DNA of 64,000 bases from Haliotis rubra. Taxonomy: Eukaryota. Positions 1-14,400 of this stretch are shown here, one piece after another. How positions within the stretch are numbered: position 1 is the first letter of the stretch; the number at the start of each line of letters is the position of its first letter. Both the position numbers and the translations under genes were made by a program. The DNA lies in NCBI RefSeq assembly GCF_003918875.1, contig NW_025767162.1, positions 248,001-312,000 on the forward strand, given 5' to 3'. The notes beneath the pieces were generated by a model that was given only the letters and a program-made list of their open reading frames with translations, did no database searches and had not been told where the DNA came from.

Positions 1-36
1 GCATCGTGCAAAATATTATTGATTAATTCATATAAA

Positions 37-672
37 ACAAGCATTGTCACCAAGTTGACATAATGCAACGCCGCCAATTATCAAATGAAACTTAAAAAGT
101 AATGAAAGTGAATGTTGTAGGTTAAGATGAAGTTAAATGTCAACAATAGCATTACCAGTCAACTTGCACCTTCCCAAGATGATGTTGTGTGCTAACTATG
201 AAGAATATGCAGGGAATGGCTCTTGAGGTATCTCGCTCACAAGCTTAACATCCAGGTTAACATGCTGAAATCTTCAAAGTGTCGTTGTGACCTTGAACAC
301 TATGTGAAGGTCACCAAAATCGACTGGGCTCTGCACATTCCCTAGATAAAGCTTGGTGTTAAATGTGAATAAAATCCAGGGAATGATTCTTGAGGTATCG
401 CGCTGACAAGCTTAATATGCAGGTTAACATGCTGAAATCGCGTTGACCTTGAAAATTATGTGAACGTCACCAATATCGACTGGGCCCTGCGCTGTCCCAA
501 GATAAAGCTTGGTGTCGAATATGAGGAAAATCCAGTGAACGATACCTGAGAGATCCCACTGACAAGGGTAAAACGATAAAGTCACCTTGTGACCTTGAAA
601 TGAGGGTCAAGGTCACCAAACCTGACTGGGACCTTTTGCATACTGTGATGCTAAACGCGCGGCGGGGGATAA
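37..672. mobile_element. Non-autonomous Helentron/HINE-like repeat with internal ~150-165 bp tandem units
   Basis: Starts AACAAG. Has 3-4 diverged internal units (AGGTCACCAA-like motif at 308/464/610; GTGACCTTGA...AAGGTCAC palindromes) and ends GCGGCGGGGGATAA. Family assignment is inferred from architecture only. Confidence 0.5.
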
Positions 673-2255
673 TAATTTAATGAATATAACTATTGATTCG
701 GGTAAATTAAATATTTGTTGTTGTTTGTTTGTTACAACATTGCCTTGTGTTCGATTTCCCATGGGGTTCCGACGTGTGCTGTCCACCTTTACCACTCTCC
801 CCACCCCACCAGCCCCCGATAATATACGGGCAACATGTAACTGGATTTGGCTGTCGTCAGTCTCCATTCCTACATTGCATAAAGCTTAGCCTAAAAGTTT
901 CCATTCGCACAACAACAACAAAAAATGCTCAAGGTCTGTCGCAATAGATACGATTTTGTTCATGCACGCTGCACATCTATTACATTAAAGTCGAGTATTA
1001 ATCTTATCAAAGGCAATATATTTAATCTAATTTATATTCTATGGCGTCAATGGAAAGGGCAATTGATGCATTACGTTGGACTGAGAAGTAAGATTATCCC
1101 TGTAAGTGACATAATGGCGAGAAGTCATGAGATTTATTAGAATAAGTAAGTGCATCGTCTGAAAGTAAAAGATGAAGTTTATGAAAACTGACATAAACTT
1201 TCTGTGATCATAAACAAAAAGTATCTGCTAACATGAGAGTTGTACCATTCGGACTATATCACAAGCTTGCTTTAACCCAAATGTTTCATATATTAATTAT
1301 GTCACGAAATCTTCGACATCAGGTACAGTTGTACTGCCCAGATCACAAACACATGCAAAGGCTAGGAAGAGCTCCATTCAGCAACATGCCCACACATGAC
1401 TTCACACGTTGTGACTGCGTCCCGGTTCGTTTTGGGCACCTTTACCTTTATGCTACGTGTTGATCCCTACACACTCACTCACACATTCCCTCAAGCCCCA
1501 CTTACTCACTCACTCGCTCTGTTCAAAAAGCGACATTACGCTTTCTTTATAATTGAATTGGGAACGCCTAAACAGTCTTGTCAGAATAAAAAGGAAACAT
1601 CGTTGTACTGCCTCCAAAAGAGTTTGTCTCACGCACTCACAATCAAATAAATGATAATCCATAGCCATAATTATGTGGCAAATCCTTCAGCTCCTCCAGG
1701 AAGCTTAATGCTCGGATTATCGAGTTTTCACTGATGATGTGCGTTGCATTTCAACGTTCTCTAAACAAGGTTGTCCTTAAATACAGTCCCCTTCATAACA
1801 TGTGGCAAGTCCAGGAGTCGGGTTTATCAGCATTAGGTTCTTAATGGGTATGTTTAAGTCAATGCAGCTTTTGCTGTATGCGACAAGGTCAGATTACCCT
1901 CATTATCTCGTCTGAAACTTGAGATGTCTTGTTCTGTGTAAAAGGTACTAGAATAACATAAGATAAAGAAATACGATTGCATTCCTGGTCATATGTTTTC
2001 AAGTTTCTCTTAGGAAGTCAATTAGGTGAGATAGCAGCTTGTCTTTTTTACTTCAGGTTCTGTAAACTGTATTTAGATTCTCTGTAGTCTTCCCTGAACA
2101 CGTATCTGGCCATCTTATAACGGTTAGTGATTACCCTATGGGCTTCTCGTTGATTGATAGACACATTTCAATGTTAAATTTACAGACTGATGTCTCTTTT
2201 CACTTAGCTTCATCGGAACAACTGTCCTTTGAGAGGAATCCGTTTCTACATTTTA

Positions 2256-2667
2256 TAGGGCTGCGCAATATAACCGGTTTACCGGTATATACCGGTTCAG
2301 ACATGAAAACGATACGTATTGCGATACGCTGATTGAAAACCGGTATTTTGACATGCATTCGAAAAGACTTCGTAACACTCGGAAATCTTCGGATATTTTC
2401 GTTGTATAAAGTGCTCCTTTCCTTTTTATATTTGTGCCAAATATTATTTACATTTTTATTTTGTCATGATTAATTTTGTTATTAAAGCTTAATCAAGCAT
2501 GGCGATTTTGTTGTGTTTTTGCTTTATAAATCAAGCATTAACTCGATTATAAGTAGTTTTTTTGTTAAAATAGAACTTCTTGCAATATATTGCAATACAT
2601 ATCACAATATATGCTTTCGCATCGCAATATATTGCAATATGAAAATTCTCTGCAATACCCAGCCCTA
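2256..2667. mobile_element. hAT-type MITE
   Basis: TIR TAGGGCTG...CAGCCCTA. Perfect 8-bp TSD ACATTTTA at 2248-2255 and 2668-2675. Subterminal ACCGGT and ATTGCAATA repeats. Interrupts a family I module. Confidence 0.87.
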
Positions 2668-5600
2668 ACATTTTACCACCAACTCATTGATCCTTCTTAT
2701 AGAATAGCACAGTATGTAATACAATACTGTAACGCATAATTTGATTATTTCAAGTAAACACTCATAAACCATTCATCAGAATAAAAAGCGGACATTATGT
2801 TACTGCCTGCACAACATGTATCTTTAGACAGTGAATTACCAGTTGTTTATTTTCTATGGGTTTGAGTGTAATATGATGGAAGAGGAGTGACTTTCAACGC
2901 TGCTTTTAGCGTTAAATCACAGTCTTACCACCGACTCAGTTCTTAACTGCTTCTAAAACTGAATATTTTCAATTATTCAATTGCAGTACAACACAGGTGT
3001 GAAGTGTGTTGAAGCAATAGCGAACTACACTTAATAAACAGTCAATTGACGTTTTAACTTGTATTCGCAATGACGATGGTGGACTACTGGCCTAGCTAAA
3101 AGCGGAAGTTCGCACTCACTCACTCACTCACTCACTACTCACCCACACACCCACCCACCCGCTCACTCACTAGCTCTGAAAACGATGCTGCATCTTAACA
3201 TCTGACAATTCCGGGAGACAATTGTAATCAGCAGCCAAATTCACTATGAGTATCTTTGTGCAAATGCACCTTTCATCTTATCAAATCCCAAGGTCATAAT
3301 CTAACATTCACAATCTAATCCGAACCTTGTGAATTCGTTTTTTATGTGGCAATAATGCAGGATAAAGAAATACAATTGTATTCCTGGTTCTGTGTTTCCA
3401 ACTTTGTCTTCTGGCGCTACCTGGGTCAGATTCCTAATACCAAGTCATTACACGTGGGCAATGGGGTCACGTCGCTAGCTTGTTTTTAAATTCACGGACC
3501 TGGTAATAGTTTCAATATTGCATACATTTTATTCGCAGTTTTCGTAGTATTCCCTGAACAGGCACTTCTGATTGATCTTCCTTATATATTGCTACCTCGT
3601 AATGGTTTGTGATAATATTGATTGAAATACACATGTTCAACGTCAATTATATTGAGAGATGTCTCATTTTTACTTCGCTTCATCGGAATAAATGTCTTTT
3701 GTGAAGAATCAACTTGTAAATATTATTACCAAATCATTGGGACTTTCTGTAGAATAGCAGAGTGGGTGATAAAACAGTGAGGGGACATTGTAACGCATTA
3801 TTTGAAACTTAATTTAGCTACCCGAAACCATTTGTCAGAATATAAAGCAAACATTATTCTACTGCCTGCACAGCATGTATCTGTTGACCTGCCGGCACTC
3901 TGTTGTGAAATTCATGGATTTGAGTCTAAACCTAATTGATGTTAGTGACCTTCAACAGTGAACATCATTAGAGTAGCATCACAGTGTTAACAATGATTCT
4001 GTTCGAGAGTATTGTCATCAAAAACTGAACATCTCCTTGCACGTGTAACAACTATACAACACAAGCGTCAGTCAGGATGTGTTAAAATCCAAGGCGGACT
4101 AAATTGATTAAACAGTGAGGGGATGTTGTAACTTTGGTTTTGTTATTGAATTGAACTCTCTGATACACCTGGGAGTACCAAACAAGCGATTTTAAGGACA
4201 TAAGGTTCCCATGAACATTTGTAGTAATTCCCTTTCAGCAGTGAGATAGCCTGGTGATTTTAGTGTTTGTGAAACATGTCAAGGCCCGGGTTCTGTTACC
4301 TATGTCGGTGGTATATATAGTGTGTATAGAATTCACCGTGTCAAAATCAGCACAATTGGCACGCAATAACTCAAAAACTAATCACTCACTCAAAACTAAT
4401 CACTCACTCATCTACGCAGTGACGGACCGGACCAGTTTTCTGTTTTTTAACTCGCTGCAGCTTCAGTCGTATTAAATGACAATAATCTCGTCTGAAACGC
4501 GAGATGTTGTTTTCATTTCACATGTCTTGTTCTGTGTAAAACAAACAACTCAAGAAAAGCAATAGATCAGTGTTCCTAGAGATATGGTTACATTATGTGC
4601 AGCACGATATTAATCCTGGTTAAACATCAGACGAAGTCTTAATTTGATTACTTGCGTGAAGCAATGTATTGTGAAAGTGTTTTCAACCAGACAAACGTGT
4701 CTGGCAAAAGAATTATGAACAAGATTTAATCGTAGCTAAAATCGAAAGAAGAAATATGTATGTGACTGCAATGTATTAGATACTAGTTTCATAGCTGCGT
4801 TGTGTGATATGTCCGCTGTTATCAGCTATTAGTTTAATGCTTTCATGAATTTAATTTAGAAGTGGGTATTTTCTTTTTTTCATTTAAGTTTATGCAAATC
4901 CATGTTAAAGATATAAACGGCCGAGAAATCGCATGTTGTCTGCACGGGTATCTTGATTGTAACATTGGAGATGTAACCTACCTGATCACAGTTTGATTGA
5001 CCGAGAAGAGATCGCTTCAGACGTTAATGTTCAGTTAAAAAAAGGGTGATTCTGTTAGAGTCTCTCTCTCACGTAAAAGGTAAATTGTTCATTTAATTTT
5101 ATCCCGACATTGAAATGGAATGTCATTCGAAATCTGATAAAACCCAAGGCTGACTATACTTCAAAATTATACCATAGTAAAGAATTCGGCATGTATCTGT
5201 GCACGTGCGGATGTATTTGCGTGCGTGAGAGTGTATACCTTATGTTATAGTGTCGACATGGCCAATTAGCAGGCTAACATTGAACCAGCTACATTTTAGT
5301 TTTCCATGCTGACGTTCTATCCACTGAACTTAAGATGCAGCCATCTTCAGATAAACTCGTGCATCAACCACACACTGTTGTGTCTATCTGAATATTTCCA
5401 TGTACTGGTTACAACGGTTGACCAGACCGTTACAGTGTAAGTGTCACCAAGATTACTATATTGTAGCTAAAATACATGGAATTATCATGAAACGGCCCTC
5501 CATTATCAGAAATTTGCGGTCCGCTGCAAATGATATTGGACCGCTCAACCTTAACGACGGGCCACTATCAGTTATGGTGTCAAGTGACGTCATAGTGGGT

Positions 5601-5988
5601 GCGTGGGCTTACGGTTAATTCGACATTAATTGGCTTTCGACTGGCAGATATTCTGGGTCAAACAAGTCAAAGCAACCCGAATTCCCGCTTTAAATAGCGG
5701 TAATATTGGCTTTCTTGTTGGTGCTAGCCTTAACAATTGCACTATTAAGACTGTTGATGGACCAAAACCGAACACTGACATAGTTTGACATGTTGCAGGC
5801 TATGGTCTTGTCAAAGGCCAAGGTCGAATATCGTCACTTTCTGTTGTGACGTTAGTTGAATTGTTTGATGACGTAATTGCATTCGGGCAGTGAACCCCGT
5901 CAGAAGATGATTTGGGTAAACTTACAGTCAAATTCCTTCATTGTTTCCTTTTTCTTTTCAACACAAATTCCATGTATTTTAGCAATAC

Positions 5989-6127
5989 TAACGGTAATGC
6001 TATTTTTGAGGGCATTATCATTTGCAGAAGCCCGCTGTCTTTTTCAACTGCCCTCCTTCGTCGGCAGTTGATGGAAGACCTCGGGCTTCTGCAAATGATA
6101 ATGCCCTCAAAAATAGCATTACCGTTA
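5989..6127. repeat. Near-perfect palindrome (probable small foldback MITE)
   Basis: 46-bp perfect inverted arms at 5989-6034 and 6082-6127, plus inner arms TCAACTGCC/GGCAGTTGA. Confidence 0.85.
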
Positions 6128-8399
6128 TATTAGTCCTGCTAGATTCGCACAACGGCCTACTCAGAGAAAAATTCAACTAGATGTTGAAAAGTTAAATTTT
6201 AAATGTATAATCCAGCGTCGTCATCTGATTGGGCTCCTCCTTCAAGCCGATGTTTTTACTCTGCAGCAACAATCAGACTAGGTTGCTGACTTGTTTTTGA
6301 CACAGAGGCTTTAGAAAGATGGCAATATTACGAAGAGAACCATTATGTACAAAATCCATAACACTTCTCCACTAGTCACGTAATTCGATATATTTCTATG
6401 AAATAAGGATTTGTGATTACCCTACGGACGCCTCATTGATTGACAGATACATGTTCAACTTGAACTTTATTGGTCGATGTCTCTTTTTTACTCTCAGGGG
6501 AACAAATGTCCTTCACTCAAATTCAATTTGTAAGTTGTATTACAAACGTATGGAAATATCTTGCAGAAGAACCTAATGGAAATACAAACATCAAGTGCGC
6601 TTTGTAATTTATGATTTGTAACGGAATTAAACACGTATAACCATATGAAAAGACAAAACACAAACATATTGTATACAGGTTCTTTTTCTTGAACAGAATT
6701 CATCACAATGAATCTATTTCCTTCAACACTGGTCTTTAAATTGAAGCAGTCAATGAATAAAAAACAAGTTGCTAACTTGTTCTGAACAATCTAGGAATCG
6801 ATAACAATTGCAACAAGACCCATTATGTATAATATCAATAGTTCTGTCTGGGACAATTCTTCTGCACTCATGTAATTCTATCTACTGCCATTAAATACAG
6901 GTTTGGAATGACCCAACGGACGTGTTGATTGCAGACACATGCTCGACGCTAATTCTATTAGACACCGTATCATTTTTTACTTGTCCTCAATGGAATGAAT
7001 GCCTTTCAAGTGGATTCACTTTATAAAGTTTAGTAAGAAATCACCCCCATATCTTGCCAAATATCATAGTTGACAATACAACTGCGAGGTTCTTGGCTTT
7101 TTGGTTGTTGTTTTTCATTTGTATTTTTATATAACTCCCCAAAATATTGAATAACTGAAGGCAGACATGTTTTGCTCCACGCTTTCTGTTACTTGTCTTG
7201 TCAACTCTTCAATGTTCAATGTTCTGAGTGATATTCAGTTCCGGAGTGAAACTGATTCGATTAAGCAGTAAAATCTGCGAATCCTTGTCCTTGGGGATAG
7301 GTAAACCTGCTTAAAGAAGCGTTAGCTGAACGCAACTTAGGACGGTTCTGATTGCATGTGTTTTTTAGAATGCTAGAAGCGGCTCATGACAATGCTCATA
7401 CGTTAATCCGTAAATATTTGTGACATGCTTTGTACCTAAACTCTATCACATCATCGGCATTGTAAATTGTAGTTCATGTTTGCGGACGTAGATGAGTAGT
7501 TCAAATAGCATTGTCAATGGGTGGGAATATTTCAACTGTCCCGCAAGAACAACATACATCTACACCTGGCGTTATCTAAGTAAGTATAGAATATGGGACA
7601 ATCCACTTAATGTTCTATTGGGACTGGGCCCGGTATCCCCAGTAACTGCTTCCGGAGACAGTTATTTCGTATATTAGTAACCAACTCGTTCTCCTTGCAC
7701 TGCACATGTTTAATACATCGATGTCCAGCTGATTATGAAAACACAATGTGTTTTTTTTGTCTGTATATAGTATGTGGAGGTATGCACAGCCCCAAAATGG
7801 ACAAGTTTTAAGATAACTATTGTTGTTGCTGTGTTTTTGCTGTTGTTACTTTTACTGAATCAGTGTGCACAGGCTCTGTGTTCATCAAGGTAGAAACATA
7901 ACCATGGTGAACCGGGGATGATCACCGAAATAATATGTTTATATCTTTCCTCACGGACGCAACATACTCTGTGAATCACGGTTCAAAACGATCTTTGTGC
8001 TCTATGTGACAAACGTTGTGGGATAATGGGTACAGAAGCCGACACATGTATTCTGTGTGCCATTCAGTTACGACTAGGCTTAATTATCTGCAGATGCAGC
8101 CTCAGGCATGAGCTAGTCCTTGGTGCATTGTACACGTTATTCCTGCATGTCATTGAATTGAAAGATAGGTGTCTCTCAGCTGTCTCTGTCGGATTCCTGA
8201 AAATGTGTCCATTCTGTTTGCAATGCATATCCTTGTAGATTGTATTCCTGACATGTTTCACTTAGTTGTAGTTTAGACGCATGTTGTCGTATCCGGATAC
8301 AGTTTTAATAATCAGTTCATTGAAGCAGTTAGTCAGCACATTAGTTCTGTAATCATTCAAAACAATTGCAAACATACATATTATTTATCCTGGCTTATC

Positions 8400-8487
8400 C
8401 ACCACGACTACTACACATACGCCTCATAATACTACTATTACTACTAATATTAATACTGCTGCTGCTGTTACTCCTACTACTACTATT
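8400..8487. repeat. Degenerate (TAC/TGC)n trinucleotide microsatellite
   Basis: Seen directly. Paralogous tracts at ~12232-12325 and ~14535-14570 lie in the same block context. Confidence 0.85.
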
Positions 8488-11400
8488 TTGGTTGCAAACT
8501 AGCAGAATCACTTGTTCTTTGAAGTATACCTGTCTTCCAGATTCCCTCCTGTTTTATGTTCCTCAACCAAGTGTAAACCCTAATAGCGAGTACATTTTCA
8601 CCACGAATTTGACTTAGAGGTGCAATAAAGTTGGAACCCAGTACATTTATTTCAATACCCTGACACTTTATCAGATTTAAAAATCAACTCTGGCACGTTA
8701 TCAAATACATAACATAACCGCCACTGTATAAAGTCGTTGGTTGGTTTCCCTGGTGCTAATCATTCAGGTTTTTAATGTTACTGACGGATTTACATAGTTG
8801 TCAACGAGCAATCATATATTTAGAGTAATGAACATTTGATTCTTAGAAAATGAGACTCTTGGTCTTCATGCTTTGCCTCAACGCCAATCAAACGAACATT
8901 ACTCCACTCCATAACCATGAGTTGCTATTGGGAAATGCGGCAGATCTGTCAGCTATTCCAGGAAGCATAGCGCTTGTATTATCGAGTTTGCATTCAAAAT
9001 GCGCGTTGCACTTCATCGTTCTGTAAAGAAGCTTGTCTTTGTATACCGTCACCAGCCTAACATCTGACATGTCCGGCAGACGGTTTTGATTAGCAATTAA
9101 TTCATAATGAGTATGTCAGAGCAACATGCATCTTTTGGTGTATGAATTGAAGGTCAGGTTACACTGTAATCTCGTCTGAAGCTTGAGATGTCGTTTTCAT
9201 GTGATGTATAAAAGTACCAGAATACCACAAGTTTAAGAAAAATGTCTGTATTTGTTTTCAACTTTCTCTTCTGACGTTAGATGGATCAGATTTTTAATAC
9301 TTTCATGAGTTGTTTCCACTCAGGCAATTAATGAAGTGATAACACATTTGTTTTTCACTCCACGGTGTTAATGACAATATTACACAAAACTTCCTTTATA
9401 GTCTTTAATTATATCATCCCCTGAGTAGGCATTTCTTATTTTTTCTTCCCAATATCCTGCCATTTCGTAATGGTTTATAATTACCCTATGGACGTGTTAT
9501 TGATTGAACTTTAATGAATGATGTCTCCTTTTTACTTAGCTTCGTCGGTATTAATGTCCTTTGAGAAAAATCAGTGTGTAGCCTTTATTACAACATCAAT
9601 GGGACTTTCTGTATAATAGCACATTGGAAACTAAAACTGAGGGGTCATTGTAAGGCATTATTTGCTAGAGAATTTAATTGTCAGCATAAAAAGCAAACAT
9701 TATTTTACTGCCTATACAACATGTATTTCAACTCCATGCGTTTGAGTCTAAACCTAATTGAAGTCAGTGACTTTCAACGCTGCTTTGCACAGCGTTCGAG
9801 TTCAGTTAAGTTTACAGCAAGTTCCTAACGTGTTTTTGAAACCGCGGATTTGGTAGAAATGACAATATTACACAATGAAATACGATCTACAATATCAATA
9901 AAATTGCCAGAAATGGCTCTAGTGCACTTCTCATGTAGTTCTGTATATTGCCATGAAGTTTGTAATTACGGACGTCTCATTGATTGACAGATACATGCAC
10001 CACGTGAACTTTATTGGGCGATGTCTAGCCTCAGGGAAACAAACGCCTTTCTAGTGAATTCTGTTAGCAAAATTTATTGTGAAATCATTCCGATATTTTG
10101 CAGAATATGATAGTGGGCAATATAATCGCCAGTGTTCTTGTTTTGTTACTTTGATATTTGTAGTTATATGTATTTCCCCAAACTGTCTGGAAGAACCGAC
10201 AGCAAAACTGTTTTGCTTCCCACGTTCTGTCACTTGGTCTGTTAACTGTTAAAATGGTTTATGTTCTAAGTGATATTCAGTTCCTGAAAGGAACTGATTG
10301 AAAGCAGCGAGCTCTGTGTTCATCAAGGTAGAAACATAACCATGGTGAACCGGCCATGTTCACCGAAATGATATGTTTATATCTTTCCTCACGGACGCAA
10401 CATACTCTGTGAATCACGGTTCAAAACGATCTTTGTGTTCTCTGTGACAAACTTTGTGGGATAATGGGTACAGAAGCCGACACATGTATTCTTTGTGCCA
10501 TTCAGTTACGACTAGCCTTAATTATCTGCAGATGCAAACTGAGGATTGATATATTCCTTTGGGCGTTGTGCACATTATGCATGTATTACAATTCTCAATC
10601 TCTAGCTAAAATGCTTTGATCATCGTGAAACATCCAACATAACATTTGGACTGTTGGGGTGTGTGTTTTAGGGTGTGTAGTGCCATTATCCGGTACAGTG
10701 GCATGACCATTCAGAGGTTGTTTATAGTAAACCATGAACTTGCAGTTTCTGAGTATAAAGCTGCATCAAGAAAACAATCTCCATCAGAGAATAAACCTGG
10801 TGATGGTTGATGGACAAGACAGCATAATGTGGAACCAGACATTTAATTGTGACATAGATCCCTCATTAATAAAATTTTATATCTGACCAAAAACAATAAA
10901 TCCATATCATGTAACTTATTATCAGTTAAACATAGAACGATGCATGCCGTATCTTAGCACTGATTAGTGTAACAAACAAAAAAAGGTTAAAATGACATCC
11001 TGAGTTGCAGGGCGACATATTAAACTACTTACACAGATTCTGATCCATGAAGACACCTCTCTCAACATGTACAGGTTGCTCGGTAAACGACTAAACAGAA
11101 ATTGTTAATGAGAAAGGTGATACTTAGAAACGCGACCTGATGTCCATACTACACGTTGATTAAACGAGAACGAACAGTTGCAGCCAAGAATGAAACCTAC
11201 AGTATCAAAAGAAGACACTCTAGCTTCTCACCTCATCATAATATTTTAATTTTCTGCTGATCACACGGCTGCATACTTAGGTATAAATCAACAAAAACGG
11301 AAGCTTGTTACCCTAAATCAATTCTTGAATTTAACAAAAAATGTTGATGCCGAAGAGCAAGTGGTCAGGAAAGTCATTCCATCAATTTGTTAGCTGCATT

Positions 11401-14400
11401 AATCGCAACACAGGATACAGAAGCAATTAGATGTGGATCATTTTCTATTTCTAATGTGTCTGGTCTTTTCAAATTGGCATTTCTTCGCATAAAAAATGTT
11501 CATCTTTCGAATTAATATCAAATGATATTAATTGGCTACAAAGTTTTAACAAGTCGTGTAGGCTGTGACTCTCTATTTTTGGCATCGATTAAATTATCTC
11601 ACATGCCAATGATGAAGTACACAAATTCCGAGATGTGAATTAGCCGTCACACACACGGCAATATTGGCCTCTCGAGGAAAGATCAGTTTGTTTGGGAGAC
11701 AAAGTTAAATGTATTTACTGCTGTGATTGTTGGTGTGTAGAAACATAGCCAAGGCGAATCGGGGAGCCTCGCCACAATGATAGCTTTATATTATCTCACC
11801 TCAGGGATGCTAGATACTCTGTGAATCGCGGTTACAAATGATCTTTGTGCTCTCTGTGGCTAACGTTGTGGGATAATGGCGCCACAAGCCGACACATCTA
11901 TTCTTTGCTCCCATCAGTTACGACTCGGTTTAATATCTGCAGATGCAAACTGAGGATTGAGATATTACTTTAGGCGTTGTGCACATTATTCCTGCGTGTA
12001 AGTGAATTGAAAGATAGGTGTCTCTCAGCTGTCTCTGTGGGATTCCTGAAAATGCGTCGATTCTTTTTCGCAATACACAGCCTTGTAGTTTGTATTCCTG
12101 ACATGTTTAACTTAGTTGTAGTATCTGGATGCAGTTTTAATAATCAGTTCATTGAAGCAGTTAGTCAGCACATAAGTTTTGTAATCATTCAAAACAATTG
12201 CAAACATACATATTATTGGTCCTGGCCTATCCACAACGACTACTACTCATACGCCTCCTAATACTACTATTACTACTACTAATACTACTACTAATACTGC
12301 TGCTGCTTCTGCTACTGCTGCTAGTACATTTTTGGGTTGCAGTCTAGCAGAATCGCTTGTTCTTTGAAGCATACCAGTCGTCCAGATTCCCTCCTGTTTT
12401 GTGTACCTCAATGTGGTGTAAACCCTAATAGCGAGTAATTTTACCACGAATTTGACTTAGATTGGCAATGGAATTGGCACCCAATACATTTATTTCAATA
12501 CCCTGACACTTTATCAGATATATAACGCAGCTCTGGCACGTTATCAAGCATATGACATAACCGCCACGGCATGATGTTGTTGGTTTGTTTCCTCTGGCGC
12601 TAATCGTTAAGGGTCGGCGTCAGTGGAATATGTGCACACTAAACACACTTCCCAGCAGATGAGAAACAACTGTGGGATGTTTTAGCAATAACGTTGAAAC
12701 ATTTCACCTAACTGTCAAAAGTAACCAAGGCATTAAGGTTTTAAAGTTACTGACGGATTTACATAGTTGTCAACTTCCAATCATATATTTAGAGTAATGC
12801 ACGTTTGATTCTGAGAAAACGAGACTCTTGGTCTTCATGCTTTGCCTCAACCCCAATCAAATGAGCATTACTCCATAACTATCATTTGCTGTTGGGAAAC
12901 GTGGCAAATCCGTCAGCTATTCCAGGAAGCATAATGCTTGTATTATCGAGTTTGCATTCAACACGCATGTTGCATTTTAATCGTTCTGTAAACAAGCTTG
13001 TCTTTTTATACCGTCCCCATCTTAACATCTGACCTGTCCGGGAGAGGGTTTTAATTAGCGGTCAATTTATAATGAGTATGTTTGAGCGACATGCAGCTTT
13101 TGGCGTATAAATTCAAGGTCAGGTTACTCTGTAATCTCGTCTGAAGCTTGGGATGTTGCTTTCCTGTTTGGGGTATAAGGACCAGAATAACACAAGTTTA
13201 AGAAAAATGTCTGTACTCCTGGCAATGTGTTTTCAATATTTCTTCTGACGTTAGGTTGATCATATTTGTAATACTTTCCAGAGGTTTTTTTATTCCAATC
13301 AGGCAATTAATGAAGTGATATCACATTTGTTTTTTGACTTCTCGGTGTTAATAACAATATTACACAAAACTTCATTTATAGTCTTTGTAGCATTCCCTGA
13401 ACAGGCGTTTCTTATTTTTTCTTCCCAATATCCTGCCATCTCGTAATGGTTGTGATTACCCTACGGGCCCATCATTGATTGAACTTTAATGAATGATGTC
13501 TCATTTTTACTTGTCTTCGTCGGTATGAATGTCCCTTGAGAAAAATCAATGTGTAGCTTTTATTACAAAACCATTGGGACTGTCTGTAGAATAGCACATT
13601 GGACAATAAAACTGCTGGGGGCATTGTAACGTATTATTTGGTAGTGAAGTTAACACTTACAATCCATTTGTCAGAATAAAAAGCAAATATTATTTAACTG
13701 CCTACACAACATGTATCTCCAGACCTGCTGATTTGAGTCCAAACCTAATAGAAATGAATGACTTGCAACACTGTTTTGAACAACATTCGAGTCCAGTTAA
13801 GTAACAGCAAGTTGCTAACTTGTTTTTGAAACCACTGAATTAGTAGAAAAATGGCAATGTTACGAAATGAAACACGGTGTACAGTATCTATACATCTGCC
13901 AGAAATGGCTCTACATATGCAATTCTATATATTGCCATGAAGTTAGGGCTTGTAAATCTAGATGGCTCATTGATTGACAGATACATGCTCCTCGTGAACT
14001 TTACTGGGCGATGTCTGGCCTTTGCTAGGCCTCAAGGGAACAAAATCCTTTCGAGTGGATTCTGTTGGTAAAATTTATTTTGAAATCATTCCGATATTTC
14101 GCAGATGATTCTAGTGGGCAATATAATCGCCAGTGTTCTATTTTTTGTTACTTTTATATTTGTGGTTTAATGTATTTCCCCAAACTGTCTGGAAAACTTA
14201 AAAGCAGACGTGTTTTGCTGCCCACGTTCTGTCACTTGGTCTGCTAACCGTTAAAATGGGTTATGTTCTAAGTGATATTCAGTTCCAGAAATAAACTGAT
14301 TGTAAGCAGCGAGTGAAATCTGATGTTGTTTTGAACAGCATTCCGGTTCTATGTCGATGTTACACCACTATGAGGAAATCATTGTCAGATCTCTAAATTT

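Noticed and set aside
7590-7710. Apparent protein conservation with 19005-19133 (WD.P...LLGLG)
   Set aside because: About one third of the differences fall at third codon positions, as expected for neutral DNA, and one copy is frameshifted.
8366-8617. Poly-Leu membrane or signal peptide ORF
   Set aside because: It is a translation of a trinucleotide microsatellite.
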